Assembly (NCBI GenBank): GCA_013239625.1
Contig: MU054187.1
Span: 18,282,711-18,346,710, forward strand
DNA from: Lama guanicoe
Taxonomy: Eukaryota
Reading direction: 5' to 3'
Length of the DNA stretch: 64,000 nt
Position numbers and translations under genes: made by a program. This document shows positions 62,321 to 64,000 of this stretch, piece by piece (the stretch's first letter is position 1; every line of letters begins with the position of its first letter). The notes beneath the pieces are model-generated. The model was not told the DNA's origin. It searched no databases and was given only the letters and a program-made list of their open reading frames with translations.

Positions 62321-64000
62321 ATTGTGCTAGGTTCTTAAATATTCAGGTCCTCCAGAAGCTGCAATAGAAACTAGAAAGGTCTTGCAGTGCAGTGAAATTC
62401 ACTCTCAAGTAATTTATTTATTTAAAAGAAAAAAAACCTCCAGAATTTCAACTAGTCTCCATAAAGAGAAAAACATGTAAGGAAAATTACTGCAAAGTGG
62501 GTTTTGCTCTATCTATGAGTTTACAGGAAAATCCTACCCTACGAGTAAACCAAAAGATAATTTCCATGGCCACACACCCAGAACAGAGCTTCTGAACTTT
62601 TCATAGGGGTCCATTTCTAGGCGTGATATCCAAGTTTCAACGGGTTTTTCTCCACTCATTTCACAGTTGAAATCTTATGAAATGTTGGTTACATCTAAAC
62701 AAATTAGCGGTCTAGGTCTTTCAATGGCGTATATAATGAAGACATTACAGAATGGGAAGTACATCAAACCAAAAACAAAGGTAGGACTTGATTAATTCAA
62801 CCGGCACAACACCTGGCCCACGATAAACATGGGAGGAAACTCTGCACAGTCTGTAGAATTTCACTGCAACAGACTCGGCTCACTGTCCTCTGGTAACAAG
62901 CCCTACTGTTCACTGAGTCATTCAGCCAACATTCACTGCAGGTCCATCATGGAGTTCACACAATCCGAGAAAACTGTCACGTTCATTCTCCATCTTTTGC
63001 TCTTTCTTCTGTTCACAGACACGTGCCCATTCCCTTCATTTATTTTCTACTTCCATCAACCACCCTCATGATTGTCCTTCTCCGCCGGCTCTCACTGATT
63101 CGTGCTTGCCTTCAGCACTTACCGAGCGACTACTGCACACCAGGCCCTTCGTTTATAAATGAACAGACAACCGGGTCCTCACCTCTGAGGCCATCCAGAA
63201 TGATCCTCCTAGAAGACAAAGGTAGTCACCTCCTGCTCTGACAATGGCGGCGCATTGTCCACTGGATGGCCTTGAACATGGTGCCCTCCGACATCACTGA
63301 ATCAATCATCACAGCTCACACCCGCTATGCCCTTTGTCAGGTCCATGCTTTTGTGCACGCTGTTCTCTCTATGGGCTACCTGCCTCCTTCCGCAGCTCAC
63401 GCACCTGCTGCTTCCTTTAGGAACCTGTCTGGAATACATCTCCATCCCTTCCCACTTGCCCCTGTTGGCCGGCTCGCCTCTCTGATATTATGTCCAGTTC
63501 CTCTAACTCCCTGCGTTGGCTCCTCTCAGCAACATCACATTGCAGTTGAAATGAGTTCCTTGTGTTTTACCCACCTACCCCCAAAGCATTATTGATGGAT
63601 GAGTAAGTACCAAACACTTGGCCAAGTGCTAACTATTGAGCAAAATACGTGGGATTCTTGCTTTCAGGGATCTGACATGATTGTGCGGGGAGTGTGATGA
63701 CACACAGGTATAAACGTACATATGCACACATTCATCCAACTTGGGGAAATTACCATGACATGTTGAGAGTCATGCTCTGTTAGAATCCAGGGATAAATAA
63801 GAGGAAGTTGTCCAAAAATTCTTACCTGAGGTGATAGCAAATGCCTGGCACAGAGCAGGTGTTCAATAAATGCTTCCTTACCTGTCAAGGTGAACAAGTA
63901 AGCTTGCACTGGAATTCTGAAAGTGTTCACGGCATTGATGATGGTGTCAATAACATGGTGGAGGAGGGAAGACAGTAGGGAAAGAAGTTGCATGTGTGTG

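Noticed and set aside
1..64000. Prokaryotic systems (CRISPR arrays, operons, defence islands)
   Set aside because: The window is a spliced mammalian locus; no regularly spaced repeats or dense coding regions were seen.

Overview
Mammalian genomic DNA containing one complete protein-coding gene, STMN2 (stathmin-2/SCG10), on the + strand. Five coding exons (15894-15912, 33706-33801, 37720-37892, 50007-50198, 56097-56156; 19+96+173+192+60 = 540 nt; all introns GT-AG) give a 179-aa protein that matches my recollection of the human sequence except Ile32Met. Four tRNA-derived SINEs of the Vic-1 type point to a camelid genome. Regulatory landmarks are the SCG10 RE1/NRSE silencer about 1.6 kb upstream, a CCAAT/Inr promoter, an intron-1 CpG island, two strong convergent CTCF-like motifs in intron 1, and several 3'UTR poly(A) signals. 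The most interesting observation is a clear orthologue of the human TDP-43-repressed cryptic exon 2a at 21430. It keeps the acceptor, carries a longer (TG)n tract, appears to lack the human poly(A) signal, and has a GTAAGA donor-like site at the end of the tract, predicting an 84-nt poison cassette exon instead of a terminal exon. Also present: a decayed counterpart of the human alternative C-terminal exon (54861), a truncated U2 snRNA copy fused to an L1, and ordinary L1/L2/MIR/MER/MLT repeats. Comparisons with human and rodent sequences and all repeat family names come from memory, not from an alignment. Most ORFs in the supplied track are spurious or repeat-derived.
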